Shown: one piece after another, positions 1-9,573 of the stretch
Numbering within the stretch: the stretch's first letter is position 1
Layout: each line of letters begins with the position of its first letter
Origin: an uncultured Oligoflexus sp.
GTDB lineage: Bacteria > Bdellovibrionota_B > Oligoflexia > Oligoflexales > Oligoflexaceae
Assembly: GCA_964236955.1 (NCBI GenBank)
Contig: CAXSGP010000012.1
Coordinates: forward strand, 1 to 64,000
DNA: 64,000 nt
Direction: 5' to 3'
Translations under genes and position numbers: made by a program
Notes under the pieces: model-generated
What the model was told of the DNA's origin: nothing
Seen by the model: the letters and a program-made list of their open reading frames with translations, nothing else
Databases searched by the model: none

Positions 1-549
1 AAGGCCAAGTCTGACGTTCTGTTGCCGCCGAGTAGCATCAGCGTTCAATGCCAGCAGACTTATGCCGCCCTGAGCATGACGAATCTGGGTCTTGCGGGTG
101 GCATAATAAAAGACGTCATTGGAAATCATCCTCAACAATTCGACACTGGTCTGTGGCCAATGCTTTTTCTTAGCTTCGTCCACGACGGCGACAAATCCGG
201 TATTTTCCCAATGATCCTGACAAGTGACCGCCTTTCTGTGGGTTAGATATTTTGAAAGACGAACGCAACCGAACCATCTCGAATCACAAACCGTGATCTT
301 CGGATAAAATAAGTGTTACCGACAAAAACAATATGTTTCAAAATCAATGAGATACCTACTGACTTTGCACTCGACACTCTCGCGCTGAATACGTAGGAAT
401 ACGAACCCTCTCATTAACACTCGAGAAACTCGCCCCAAATTCCGAAAAGTTGAGTGTGAGCTATAAAGCGGCGTAAGTGTCAGAAATCTGTTCAGCTCGC
501 CATGACAGCCCCGCGCGCGTCCCTAACCTTATCCTTTGGATTTAGAAAC

Positions 550-1290
550 ATGAACATTGCTGTCTTTGCCTTGGTATTTATACTCGCAGCGTGTTCTGCG
601 ATAACTGAGGGCGAAAAGAATGTCCTTCAAAAAACTGCGGACTCCGATGCTAGAACTTCGGCAAGTTCCCTTGAAAAATTTCATCTTAAAAAAGATGGCA
701 TCCTTATACTCAACAAAACAAATGAAGTCGAATTGCTCCTATGTGATAACAGAAATCCAGAGCTGGGAGATTTCTTAGCAGTTAGCTACTGGTACGATGG
801 TCAATGGCTTAAAGACCTGAGGCTAGGCAGGCCTGGAGGCAAAGACGGGCTGCCTCTTGATGGTGGGTATTTTGTAAACGGAACATTCGTCAACTTCGAG
901 AGAGGTTTTGCTGGCGATTCTGTATGTGGCAACGCTCATTTCCCCGACGAAATCACAGTCCCCTTTAACAAAGAATTTAAATTTGTTAAAGAAACCGGTT
1001 CGCAAAAAGTCACTCCTTTGACTCTCACCTATGAAGAATGGCTAGCGGAAAATCTCGATTATATTTGTGATTTTTCAAAGCCAATTGCCCATTCCTGCCG
1101 TGTTTTGGACAGCATGGAATCCTATTACAATGATATAAAAAAATTTCGAGCAACCGAACCTGTAGTTCCTGTATTTGACTTTGTTCAAGGTCAATCTAAT
1201 TATTTGAAAATTGAATACAATACTCTTCAACCCTATCAAAAAATAGAAGAGATCATTAAATTCGAAGATTTGAAGACTTACCCTAAGTAA
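550..1290 (+). CDS. Hypothetical lipoprotein (AT-rich orphan)
   Basis: ORF 502..1290. The in-frame ATG at 550 gives MNIAVFALVFILAA-C, a lipobox-type signal. Four further Cys; no family recognised. Confidence 0.6.
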   Translation: MNIAVFALVFILAACSAITEGEKNVLQKTADSDARTSASSLEKFHLKKDGILILNKTNEVELLLCDNRNPELGDFLAVSYWYDGQWLKDLRLGRPGGKDGLPLDGGYFVNGTFVNFERGFAGDSVCGNAHFPDEITVPFNKEFKFVKETGSQKVTPLTLTYEEWLAENLDYICDFSKPIAHSCRVLDSMESYYNDIKKFRATEPVVPVFDFVQGQSNYLKIEYNTLQPYQKIEEIIKFEDLKTYPK

Positions 1291-1312
1291 ACTTGGATCT
1301 AAGCAAGGCGCT

Positions 1313-1493
1313 GCCGGAAAATTTCAGGATAGCTGTCGCGTCGGTGTCAGCTGCCTACTCAGCAGTTGTTCTCTCTAGCGGATCGTTCTTCATTTTTCAA
1401 CCAGTTTAATCACACAACCTTTATTTGTTCCCAATTTCTAGTCTTCTTAGACCAGCGCAGGGGCTTATTTTCTCGGGCCTTCTGGTAAACACT
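1313..1493 (-). pseudogene. 3' remnant of an IS3-family-like transposase with a probable terminal repeat
   Basis: Minus strand reads SVYQKARENKPLRWSKKTRNWEQIKVV*LN, resembling the C-terminal motif VYExAR..P.RWS..TRNW....VWLNP with Trp changed to a stop. It is followed by GCGACAGCTATCCTGAAATTTTCCG, resembling the ends of such elements. Confidence 0.55.
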
Positions 1494-1776
1494 GGCAAAG
1501 GCCGCAGCTAACTCAGAAGATGAAGTTCGAGGGTTGATTGGGTCTCTAAGGAAATTCAAAGTCGAAATTCCCTTGTGGCCTAAGGACATCTCGTTTCGTA
1601 AAAATCTTAAGCAATATTTAACGGAATTAGAAAATTTTACGCAGGATTCGCGGGCTGTTTCTGCGCGCGCAGCGCGTGGACAAGCGACAAGGAATGCGAT
1701 CATTTGCTCAAAAAAAAGAATTATTTCAAAGACAAAAATCCCAATCGAATCAAACAACAACAAAATAAGCAGGTCA

Positions 1777-1869
1777 AAGGGCGGCAGCCCTTGCCATGAG
1801 GGGTTTGAAAAGGGGCCATTGGGGCCCCTTTCCGGAGTTTGAGGCAGAGCCTCAAGACCCGCCGGAGGC
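1777..1869. repeat. Cluster of three GC-rich hairpins (REP/MITE-like element)
   Basis: AAGGGC-ggca-GCCCTT (1777-1792), AAAGGGGCC-attgg-GGCCCCTTT (1809-1831) and TTGAGGC-aga-GCCTCAA (1839-1855), then CCCGCCGGAGGC. Confidence 0.55.
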
Positions 1870-1923
1870 CATTGCACGTTGCACGACCACTGACCTATAA
1901 GCAATCAACAAAAGAAGACTCCA

Positions 1924-2277
1924 TCACCGAACGGGAGGCTTAAGGATCAACCGTCGTCTATCTTCAGGAAAACTCGAATTAAACGAGAAATCCTGAACTT
2001 TTAAATCAGAGCCCCAATAGAATTTAAGCTCCTTGGTTTTACTTTCACCAAATAGGCGATAATCATAATATCCGTAGGTCCAGGTTGGAATCCCACCGGA
2101 GCTGCCGACCGAAGTCGGAGCGCCCAGATATTTTTCAACGTCTGGTTGAGTCGTTTTGCCTTTTTGAACCCAATTAATGTCGGATGAGAAATCTTGTCCG
2201 CGCGTCACACATCCTACTTGAATCAGGGCTAAGCTAACTGTTGCTGCTAGGACACAGCGTGAGATTATCTTCTGCAT
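1924..2277 (-). CDS. SmpA/BamE-like outer-membrane lipoprotein
   Basis: Lipobox (IQVG-C); KGKTTQPDVEKYLGAP...WTY motif typical of the BamE/SmpA domain. Confidence 0.75.
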   Translation of the reverse strand: MQKIISRCVLAATVSLALIQVGCVTRGQDFSSDINWVQKGKTTQPDVEKYLGAPTSVGSSGGIPTWTYGYYDYRLFGESKTKELKFYWGSDLKVQDFSFNSSFPEDRRRLILKPPVR

Positions 2278-2622
2278 TCATGGTTCCTTTCACTGGAAAA
2301 GTGTTCCGTTTATCACCTTAGTTTTTTTATCACCGCTGTCGCTTTGATACTAGAGACACTCACGATATCAGCTGCCGGCTTTGGAACGACCAGAAATTTC
2401 ATTGTGCCATAGTGGTAGGGAATACTAAAATCTCAGGATTAAGCCTTTAGGCACGCTTCCCTTACCAAAGACTTTCCGCCGAAGGCAGAATAATCTGCGC
2501 ATCTATTTGTAAGAGGGCGCAAATTATTTTATTGTCTCCTACTAGGGCAAGTCGGATGTTTGCTCCGGACAAGGCCGTCAAACTGTCGATAATCGCAGAT
2601 ATTTGACCTGAAAGGTGATTTT

Positions 2623-2880
2623 ATGAATGACGTAGCGAATATGCTTCAGGAACTCAATCTTGATTCGGCCAAGCTTCAAGAACTTGCCAGCGCCGCTCAA
2701 AGCAATCCCTTTGCCGCTTTTAGCAAAATCAAGGAGATGGGCATCAGCACCGACATGCTGCAAAAGATCATGAAGATGATCCTCTCGAACCCTGCTGAAT
2801 TCCTAAGCATGGCTCAAGAAGCCGGAATTCCGGACGACACCTTGAACAATGTCAAGGAACAGATCAAACGATTCATGTGA
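2623..2880 (+). CDS. Small helical protein, DUF2999-like
   Basis: 85 aa with an SD-like AAGGTG upstream. Repeated NP...GI pattern resembles DUF2999 proteins (from memory). Confidence 0.55.
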   Translation: MNDVANMLQELNLDSAKLQELASAAQSNPFAAFSKIKEMGISTDMLQKIMKMILSNPAEFLSMAQEAGIPDDTLNNVKEQIKRFM

Positions 2881-2899
2881 CATCATTCGGGAATACAGA

Positions 2900-2945
2900 A
2901 AAAAGCGAAGAGGACATAGATAACTATCTCCTTCGCCTTTGTTTA
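2900..2945. terminator. Probable bidirectional intrinsic terminator
   Basis: A-tract, imperfect stem GCGAAG..ATAG-ataa-CTAT..CTTCGC, then a T-rich tract, between convergent genes. Confidence 0.55.
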
Positions 2946-2955
2946 TTCGTAATCT

Positions 2956-4104
2956 TTAATTTAAGGCCTGCTCAAGGTCGGCAATGATATCTTTAACGCC
3001 TTCGATGCCGCAGGAGAGTCTGATCAGATTGGGTCCGATACCAAGATGCTTGCGCATCGTTTCTGGAACCGAGGCATGGGTCATCTTCTCAGGATGATTC
3101 ACCAGAGACTCGACGCCTCCAAGGCTCTCGGCCAGGGAAAAGACCTTCATCTTTTGCAGGGTGGATACCACCTGCTCGTAACTGCCTTTCAAATTGAAGG
3201 ACACCATTCCCGAAAATCCACGCATCTGTTTTTTCGCCAGCTCATGCTGAGGATGCGACGGCAGTCCGGGGAAAAAGACTGATTCGACCTTTTTATGCTG
3301 ACTTAGAAAAGTCGCGACCTCCAGCGCATTTTCAGAGTGCTTTTGCATACGCACGGCCAAAGTCTTGATACTGCGCAGGAGAAGGAAACATTCAAAGGGA
3401 CCTGGCACCGCGCCGGCGGCGAATTGAACGAATTTGATTTCTTCGTAAAGCTTGGCATCGTTGATCATGACCGCACCACCGATAATATCCGAGTGACCTC
3501 CGATATATTTGGTCGTCGAGTGGATGATGATGTCAGCGCCCCATTCAAAGGGCGACTGATAGAGGGGCGAAGCAAAGGTATTGTCAACCACGAGCAGCGC
3601 TTTCGCTTGTTTGGCAAGCCTGGCTGTCGCTTCGATATCGATGACCTTGAGCAGGGGATTGGTAGGCGTCTCTACCCAGATCATCCGCGTCGAGGGTCTG
3701 ATCGCCTTTGCGAGGTTTTCCATCTTCGTCATGTCGATGAATTCAAATTCAAGGCCATATTTGGCAAACAGCCGTCTGAAAAGGCGACCGGTGCCGCCGT
3801 ACACATCGTCACAAACCAGGACATGGTCACCCGGATTGAGGATTTGCACGACCGCCTGCTCGGCAGCCAGGCCCGAGGAAAAGGCTAATCCATAGCGGGC
3901 GCCTTCAAGAGCGGCAAAGGCTGTTTCAAGAGCATCCCGGGTGGGATTGCCCGCCCGCGAGTAGTCCCAACCTTTATGCTCGTTCGGCGCTTCCTGAACG
4001 TAGGTCGAAGTTTGAAAGATAGGAGTCATGATCGCGCCAGTGCGTGGGTCGGGCTCGACTCCCGCATGAACAACCTTCGTAAAGTCCTCGCCACGAATAC
4101 TCAT
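2956..4104 (-). CDS. Cystathionine gamma-lyase/synthase (Cys/Met metabolism PLP enzyme)
   Basis: YSRAGNPT, DDVYGGT, ETPTNP, DNTF, HSTTKYIGGHSD (PLP lysine), AESLGGVESL. Confidence 0.95.
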   Translation of the reverse strand: MSIRGEDFTKVVHAGVEPDPRTGAIMTPIFQTSTYVQEAPNEHKGWDYSRAGNPTRDALETAFAALEGARYGLAFSSGLAAEQAVVQILNPGDHVLVCDDVYGGTGRLFRRLFAKYGLEFEFIDMTKMENLAKAIRPSTRMIWVETPTNPLLKVIDIEATARLAKQAKALLVVDNTFASPLYQSPFEWGADIIIHSTTKYIGGHSDIIGGAVMINDAKLYEEIKFVQFAAGAVPGPFECFLLLRSIKTLAVRMQKHSENALEVATFLSQHKKVESVFFPGLPSHPQHELAKKQMRGFSGMVSFNLKGSYEQVVSTLQKMKVFSLAESLGGVESLVNHPEKMTHASVPETMRKHLGIGPNLIRLSCGIEGVKDIIADLEQALN

Positions 4105-4174
4105 CAGCTTCCCCTAAAGAAAATGCCTTGGCCGAGCGCTAGCGAGCCAAAGCAAGACTTAAATCGAACCGCGG

Positions 4175-4492
4175 TCAGACGCCTTTAAACACTTCGCCAA
4201 GTTCGCCCTTGCGATTCATGTCGCTGAGGATATCGCTGCCGCCAACGAATTTACCTTTGACGTAAAGCTGGGGCACGGTGGGCCAGTTGGTGAATTTTTT
4301 TACACCCTCACGGATGTCCCAGTCTTCGAGGACATTGCGCGAGCCGAATTTAACATTGTGGCTCTTGAGGATTTGAATGACCTGTGCGGAGAACCCACAC
4401 ATCGGCGATTCCGGCGTTCCCTTCATATAGAGAAACACAGAATTTTTTTCGATGTCGTTTTTGATGGTTGCTAAAGCTTCTTGCTCACCCAT
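4175..4492 (-). CDS. grxD: Monothiol glutaredoxin (Grx4 family)
   Basis: MKGTPESPMCGFS, WPTVPQLY, FVGGSD. Confidence 0.95.
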   Translation of the reverse strand: MGEQEALATIKNDIEKNSVFLYMKGTPESPMCGFSAQVIQILKSHNVKFGSRNVLEDWDIREGVKKFTNWPTVPQLYVKGKFVGGSDILSDMNRKGELGEVFKGV

Positions 4493-4720
4493 GAAATATT
4501 CCTTTGTTCGTAGAGTGCGCCTTCGCTAGGAACTAGGAAGGCTAGCACAAACCGCTTTAAGGGCGGATCTAGCCAATTCTAAGCTAATACAGCTTTTGCT
4601 TTAGAAAAACCAGAAATTTGCCAATTTTTCTGCAAAAATGACGGGACAGATCTTCCTAGCTTTTGTCCATACTGCCACAATTTACTTAATATGCCAAATG
4701 GCATATGAAAAGGACAGCCC

Positions 4721-5782
4721 ATGCGATGGCTCATGCTTTCCCTCTCCCTGATCAGCTGCGCTTATCACGGTCCCCAGGTCCAGGACTTGCTTCCTAAGGG
4801 CCAAATCTCGCTTCTGAAAGGCACAGTCGCTTCAGCTTCCAGTGGAGGGCTTAAACATCTCGTGGTTTTTGGCGATTCTCTCTCCGACACTGGCAATCTC
4901 AGCCGCAATACCTATGGTTTTGTCATTCCTCATGAAATGTTCTTCGAGGGACGCTTTTGCAACGGTCCGATATGGCCTGACTATGTCGAAAAATCCCTGC
5001 AATGGACGCTTGATGACTATGCCGTCGGTGGTGCGCTCACGCGTAAAAGCCCATTTCCCGATAGCCTGGCCGTCACCTCGCTTGGAGAGCAGATTGAGAA
5101 AAGTCTCGATCGGCTGAAGGAGCTGCCCCCCGAAAAGACCCTCATTGCCCTTTGGATCGGACCCAATAACTACCTCCGTGCCGGTTCCGATTACCAGACT
5201 GCCGATGGCAAACCCAAGGAGCCCCTTCTGAAGGCATACGTTGGCAAGACGATTGCCGATATTAAAAGAGGCCTGTTGAAACTTAGCAAACTAGGCTTTT
5301 ATCGCATCGCCCTGGGTACGATGCCAGAGCTCGGCGGACTTAACTTTGACCCTCACAATGGCTTTTATCCTGCCGATGCAAGCCTTTCCCTCTTCACGCG
5401 TCTTCATAATGAGGCCCTGCATAGGCTTATCGATGAGTTGAGCGATAAAGGTCAATCGCGACCTGAGGACAAGGCACTAAAAATCATTACTTATAAGGCC
5501 TATGAGATCGACCATGAAACCGCCCTGAACCCGCAAGCCTTTGGTTTCACGCGGACCGATGCGCCCTGCTATCTGGGAAGTCTGAGCGGTAAATTTTATG
5601 GCAAAGAAGAATTTTGCAAAGACCCGATGGGCTATAAATTTTGGGAATTCATTCACCCCAACACCCGCATGCAATGTTACTACGCCGCGCAATTTCTCGA
5701 TGACATCGCCAGAGTCGGCCTGATCTCGGGCTACGACCGAAGCCAGGGTATCAGCCGCTGTCTTGCCATCAAAAACAACTAA
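4721..5782 (+). CDS. SGNH/GDSL lipase/esterase lipoprotein
   Basis: Signal ending LIS-C; blocks FGDSLSDTGN, YAVGGA, IGPNN and FWEFIHP. Confidence 0.88.
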   Translation: MRWLMLSLSLISCAYHGPQVQDLLPKGQISLLKGTVASASSGGLKHLVVFGDSLSDTGNLSRNTYGFVIPHEMFFEGRFCNGPIWPDYVEKSLQWTLDDYAVGGALTRKSPFPDSLAVTSLGEQIEKSLDRLKELPPEKTLIALWIGPNNYLRAGSDYQTADGKPKEPLLKAYVGKTIADIKRGLLKLSKLGFYRIALGTMPELGGLNFDPHNGFYPADASLSLFTRLHNEALHRLIDELSDKGQSRPEDKALKIITYKAYEIDHETALNPQAFGFTRTDAPCYLGSLSGKFYGKEEFCKDPMGYKFWEFIHPNTRMQCYYAAQFLDDIARVGLISGYDRSQGISRCLAIKNN

Positions 5783-5786
5783 GGGA

Positions 5787-6848
5787 TCAACCGCCGAGTA
5801 AATCACCGAATTGCGTTAAAACCTGTGTGGCCACGCCGTCTGGAGACTGATCGAGCATGCAGCGAAAATGACCCAAAGGGCAGCTCTGCGGGCCATGCGC
5901 ACTGCAGGGCCGACAGCCCAATTCGATCTGGGCGACATGACTTCGAGGCGCAAGGGGACCGAAGCCAAGGGCTGGCACGGTTGCCCCGAAAATGGCAAGA
6001 GTCGGCGTCCGAAAAGCTGATGCATAATGCAAAGGCGAGCTATCGTTGCTGATGAGCAGACTCAAAAGGGGAAAGATGGCCCGCATATCATCGAGATTGG
6101 TTTTTCCCGCGAGATTTAACAGGCGGTCCTTATATTCCCCCAACTCCGTGGCCCGCAGCTCTAATTCTTCTGCTGCGGGAATCTCCTCTTTACTGCCCAA
6201 AATAATAAAGCGCGCCTGCGTCGAAGCGAGCAACGATTTTGCCAAGTCCCCATAATAACGGGAAGGCCAGCGTTTGGTTCCCCAGACACTCCCGGGCGCA
6301 AGGGCAACGAGGGGATGCCCTTCTGCAAAGGCAGTGATTTGATCGTCGATCGAACCTGCAACAGGGGTCGACAAAAATGGTTTGGCATCCTGAAAGGCCA
6401 GTCGATCGACTCCCAAGGGTTCGAGCAGGAGAAGTATGCGCTGGGCTTCATGCAATACCGCGACTCGGGAGACGCGCTTCGCCGCTAAAAAACTGCATTC
6501 CGATTCAAAATAGCTAACCGTTGGCACACCGATCAGACGACAGAGGAGGCTGGAACGAAAACTCTTATGGATTTGCAATATCCAGGCGGACCCAAGAGTG
6601 AGCGTTTTAAGCTCCGCTTTTAAACGTCTGGCTTCCGACCAGAGGCTCCTGCCTCTCTTATCGAAGACAAGGATACCATCGAGGTCAGGATGCCCTTTAA
6701 GGGCCGCTCCCCCTATCGGAGTGGTGATGAGATATTGTTTGAGTGCCGGGTAGGTGGCGCGGACCCAGCGAAAAGCTGCGGTAGTTATCACGATATCACC
6801 GAGAAAGCCAGTCTGAAGCCATACAATCGAATTCACAGCAGCTAGCAT
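5787..6848 (-). CDS. GT9 family LPS heptosyltransferase (WaaF-like)
   Basis: GFLGDIV, APGSVWGTKRWP, NLAGKT, SNDSSPLH, AIFGAT. Confidence 0.9.
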   Translation of the reverse strand: MLAAVNSIVWLQTGFLGDIVITTAAFRWVRATYPALKQYLITTPIGGAALKGHPDLDGILVFDKRGRSLWSEARRLKAELKTLTLGSAWILQIHKSFRSSLLCRLIGVPTVSYFESECSFLAAKRVSRVAVLHEAQRILLLLEPLGVDRLAFQDAKPFLSTPVAGSIDDQITAFAEGHPLVALAPGSVWGTKRWPSRYYGDLAKSLLASTQARFIILGSKEEIPAAEELELRATELGEYKDRLLNLAGKTNLDDMRAIFPLLSLLISNDSSPLHYASAFRTPTLAIFGATVPALGFGPLAPRSHVAQIELGCRPCSAHGPQSCPLGHFRCMLDQSPDGVATQVLTQFGDLLGG

Positions 6849-7312
6849 GCACCGTCCTCAGTTTTCAAAAGTGCCTTGCTGTAGATCAAGGCATCTTCGC
6901 CATTTTGATAGTAACGTTTGCGCATGTGAATGCACTCATAAGAGAATTTTTCATAGAGTCGAATCGCAGCCGCATTGCTGGCCCGGACTTCAAGCATGAC
7001 CGACTCGGCCTGGTAGAGAGTCTTAGCCTCCCGCTCGAAGTCTTTGAGCAGACTTGCCGCCAGACCACGCCTCCTGGCCGAGGGCACTATAAAAATATAA
7101 AAAAGTTCGGCCACGCCTCCGATCACCCGAGCAAGCGCCAAAGCATTCCAGGTCTCGGCATCGAGAGGGTCGAAGAGCAGGAATGTCTGCGGAATTTTTA
7201 GGGACAGCAAAAATTCTTCATAAGGCCAGAACGATTCATAAATATATTCGCTACAGAAATGGCTCAGAGCTTTTCGTTCGCTGTCTCGCCCGGAGTACAG
7301 GATACAGGACAT
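6842..7312 (-). CDS. RimI-like GNAT N-acetyltransferase
   Basis: RRRGLA, LEVRASNAAAIRLYEKF, RKRYYQNGEDA. Confidence 0.85.
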   Translation of the reverse strand: MSCILYSGRDSERKALSHFCSEYIYESFWPYEEFLLSLKIPQTFLLFDPLDAETWNALALARVIGGVAELFYIFIVPSARRRGLAASLLKDFEREAKTLYQAESVMLEVRASNAAAIRLYEKFSYECIHMRKRYYQNGEDALIYSKALLKTEDGAC

Positions 7313-7320
7313 AATCGTTC

Positions 7321-7917
7321 CTAAGACTTATAGGGAACCAAAGTCCCAAATTCTTTGGCTTTGGCATAGAAGCGAAAGGCTGTCGCTTTTGAAAGTGCCT
7401 GAAACCAATCGGCATTTGGATCAATCCGTACAAAGGATATGTCGTCCTGCGTTTTGGCCGCTGTCAACTGCTGACGACTCTTCGTATAGCCTTCTATTCT
7501 AAAAATACTGGTGAGAATTTTGGCAATATCGCCTTCAGTAAGCTGCCTTTGCCGTAAAAATCTATCCAGTTGAGAATTTTTCGACTGTAGCGATGCAAGG
7601 GCAGTTTCCGCATCCTGGACTTTTTTTGAATCGGGCGCAAAGGAATCAAGCTTCTGCTGATCGTTCTCCAGCTGGGTATACACGACCATCTCGTTTTTAA
7701 ATTGCTCCACTTCTTCCGGCCAATTAGCGGCAGTTGGGAAAGCGTTGTTCAACTCCTCACCCATGGCTATCGTACGTAGTAACATATAAGTCTCCAGTTG
7801 CTTCTGGCTGTAAGACTTGCCGTTGATCTCGACGATCAGTCGATCGAGCAGGAATTGCTCCGCCAGCAATGTCGCGCAAAGAAAAAAAGCCATGCTACAG
7901 CAAATAAAGTTCTTCAT
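7321..7917 (-). CDS. Exported protein with SurA N-terminal-like start
   Basis: Signal peptide, then LLDRLIVEINGKSYSQKQL resembling SurA_N. No PPIase domain seen. Confidence 0.5.
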   Translation of the reverse strand: MKNFICCSMAFFLCATLLAEQFLLDRLIVEINGKSYSQKQLETYMLLRTIAMGEELNNAFPTAANWPEEVEQFKNEMVVYTQLENDQQKLDSFAPDSKKVQDAETALASLQSKNSQLDRFLRQRQLTEGDIAKILTSIFRIEGYTKSRQQLTAAKTQDDISFVRIDPNADWFQALSKATAFRFYAKAKEFGTLVPYKS

Positions 7918-8162
7918 TGTTCTCTCTTATGAAAGCGACCGAAGTGGCTCCCCGACTCGTCTTGAGAAGCCAAGAGCCGGCGGTTCATGGACAAATTCTA
8001 AAAAACTAATATAGGAATTCCCAAATTTACGCGTCATTTGCCACTTGTTGGTTAAAAAATACGTTTGATGAGCTAGTAAATCTTGACAACAAACGCTTAG
8101 CCTGTAAACCTTTAGCTGCGTACCCAAGTTCAATTTTTTTGATTCTAAGATTGGAGGTTTCC

Positions 8163-8435
8163 ATGAACAAAGCCGAGTTGGTTGAAGCCATGACAAAAGT
8201 CACGGGACTTACCAAATCTGATACTGAGAAGTCTTTGGACGCATTTATCGAAACCGTCACAAAGAACGTTAAGAAAAAAGACGGCGTAAAACTCGTTGGT
8301 TTCGGAACATTCTCTGTATCTGCGCGTAAAGCTCGCATGGGCCGCAACCCGCAAACCGGTGAAGAAATTCAAATTCCTGCACGTAAAGTCCCAGTTTTCC
8401 GTCCAGGTAAAGAACTGAAAGAAGCCGTCAAGTAA
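8163..8435 (+). CDS. hup: DNA-binding protein HU
   Basis: MNKAELV...GFGTF...ARMGRNPQTGEEIQIPA; SD GGAGG before ATG 8163. Confidence 0.97.
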   Translation: MNKAELVEAMTKVTGLTKSDTEKSLDAFIETVTKNVKKKDGVKLVGFGTFSVSARKARMGRNPQTGEEIQIPARKVPVFRPGKELKEAVK

Positions 8436-8491
8436 GCTTCGAAGGGCCTTATGTTCACTCCATGGACAGGGGCCTTGTTCCTTTCAATGCG

Positions 8492-9571
8492 CTAAACCTT
8501 GGACATCTTCAACGGACAGGATGCCGGCACCACGATAGCCAAATCAAAGTCACTCATCGCTTCAATTTCCAATGGCAAGGCATCAAAGGGTACGAAGCCG
8601 GGCTCGCCTCGCGACACCTTTAAGCTATTATTCCAGATAGATTCGCCATCTAAACAGACAAATGTCAAAAATCCAGAATCGGCCGTGAGCCTCAGCTTGC
8701 CTTTGGCCCGGAGTTGGATTCGGTGTAACTGATAATACTCGTTCGCCGGATAAGATGAAGTTTCGACCAGCTCGCTTAGCACGGTCTTGCTTGCCTTCCG
8801 TCTTAGACTGGCGACATAGGGAATTCCCACCTGCTTGGTCGGGTCAATTAATCGCAGACCTTCTTCAATATGCAGGTCTCTCGGCTTACCATTTTTAAGA
8901 TCCAAAGCGCCTTCTGCGTTATAGCGACGCGACCAATCCCAGAAGCGGTAAGTCTTTCCTACCTTGCCAGTCCGCGTTCGCTGCGGCTCCAAAAGGGTGA
9001 CTCCGGGGCCAATGGCATGGACGACGCCCGGCTGAATTTCAAAATAATCGCCCGCTTTCACCGGAACAAATTGCAAATAGGGTCTTAGATCCTGATCGGC
9101 GGCTAAAAGTTTGGCAAGATCAACTTTCTCGATCGGTTTCGAGAAGCCTAAATAAAGTCCTGCCCCTGCTTCAGCATGAAGGATGAGCCAGGATTCGGGT
9201 TTGCCACACTCGCCAGCTTTTAAATAAGGGTCGTCATCGGTAGGATGAACCTGGAGGGAAAGGGGTTCGGCGGCATTGATAAATTTTAAAAGGATCTCAC
9301 ATGTCGCCCCAAACTTCGCCACATAGTCGCGCGAAAGCATGCGCTCGGGATCAGTCCGCAGTAATTCCAAAAGTGTATGTTCCGTACCGATCACTTTTGA
9401 GGGATAGGTCGGATCGCAGGAGACTTCCCACGATTCGCCAATAGCCGTAGCCTTGGCATCCTTAACCCAGAGCTGCTTGTAGCGGCGGGCTATTTCCATT
9501 CCTGCCCAAGGCGTCCGGGTCAAGGGAGTAAAATGATCCGGACTCAGCTTAAATGCCTGCTTAAAATTCAT
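8492..9571 (-). CDS. manA: Mannose-6-phosphate isomerase, class I
   Basis: IGESWE, LLKFINA, LSLQVHP, KPESW, GVVHAIG. Confidence 0.88.
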   Translation of the reverse strand: MNFKQAFKLSPDHFTPLTRTPWAGMEIARRYKQLWVKDAKATAIGESWEVSCDPTYPSKVIGTEHTLLELLRTDPERMLSRDYVAKFGATCEILLKFINAAEPLSLQVHPTDDDPYLKAGECGKPESWLILHAEAGAGLYLGFSKPIEKVDLAKLLAADQDLRPYLQFVPVKAGDYFEIQPGVVHAIGPGVTLLEPQRTRTGKVGKTYRFWDWSRRYNAEGALDLKNGKPRDLHIEEGLRLIDPTKQVGIPYVASLRRKASKTVLSELVETSSYPANEYYQLHRIQLRAKGKLRLTADSGFLTFVCLDGESIWNNSLKVSRGEPGFVPFDALPLEIEAMSDFDLAIVVPASCPLKMSKV

Positions 9572-9573
9572 AA

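Noticed and set aside
1..320. Stop-free minus-strand frame running off the left edge (...HWENTGFVAVVDEAKKKHWPQ...), and ORF 22..246(+)
   Set aside because: No convincing start, RBS or recognisable motif; cannot be judged without the adjacent sequence.
468..495. GCGGCGTAAGTGTCAGAAATCTGTT as a second IS end
   Set aside because: Only loose similarity to the 1313-1340 end, in the same orientation and with no target duplication.
1410..1904. ORFs 1410..1904(-) and 1534..1842(+) as real genes
   Set aside because: They run through the hairpin element and IS debris; only the last 28 or so codons of the minus ORF look protein-derived.
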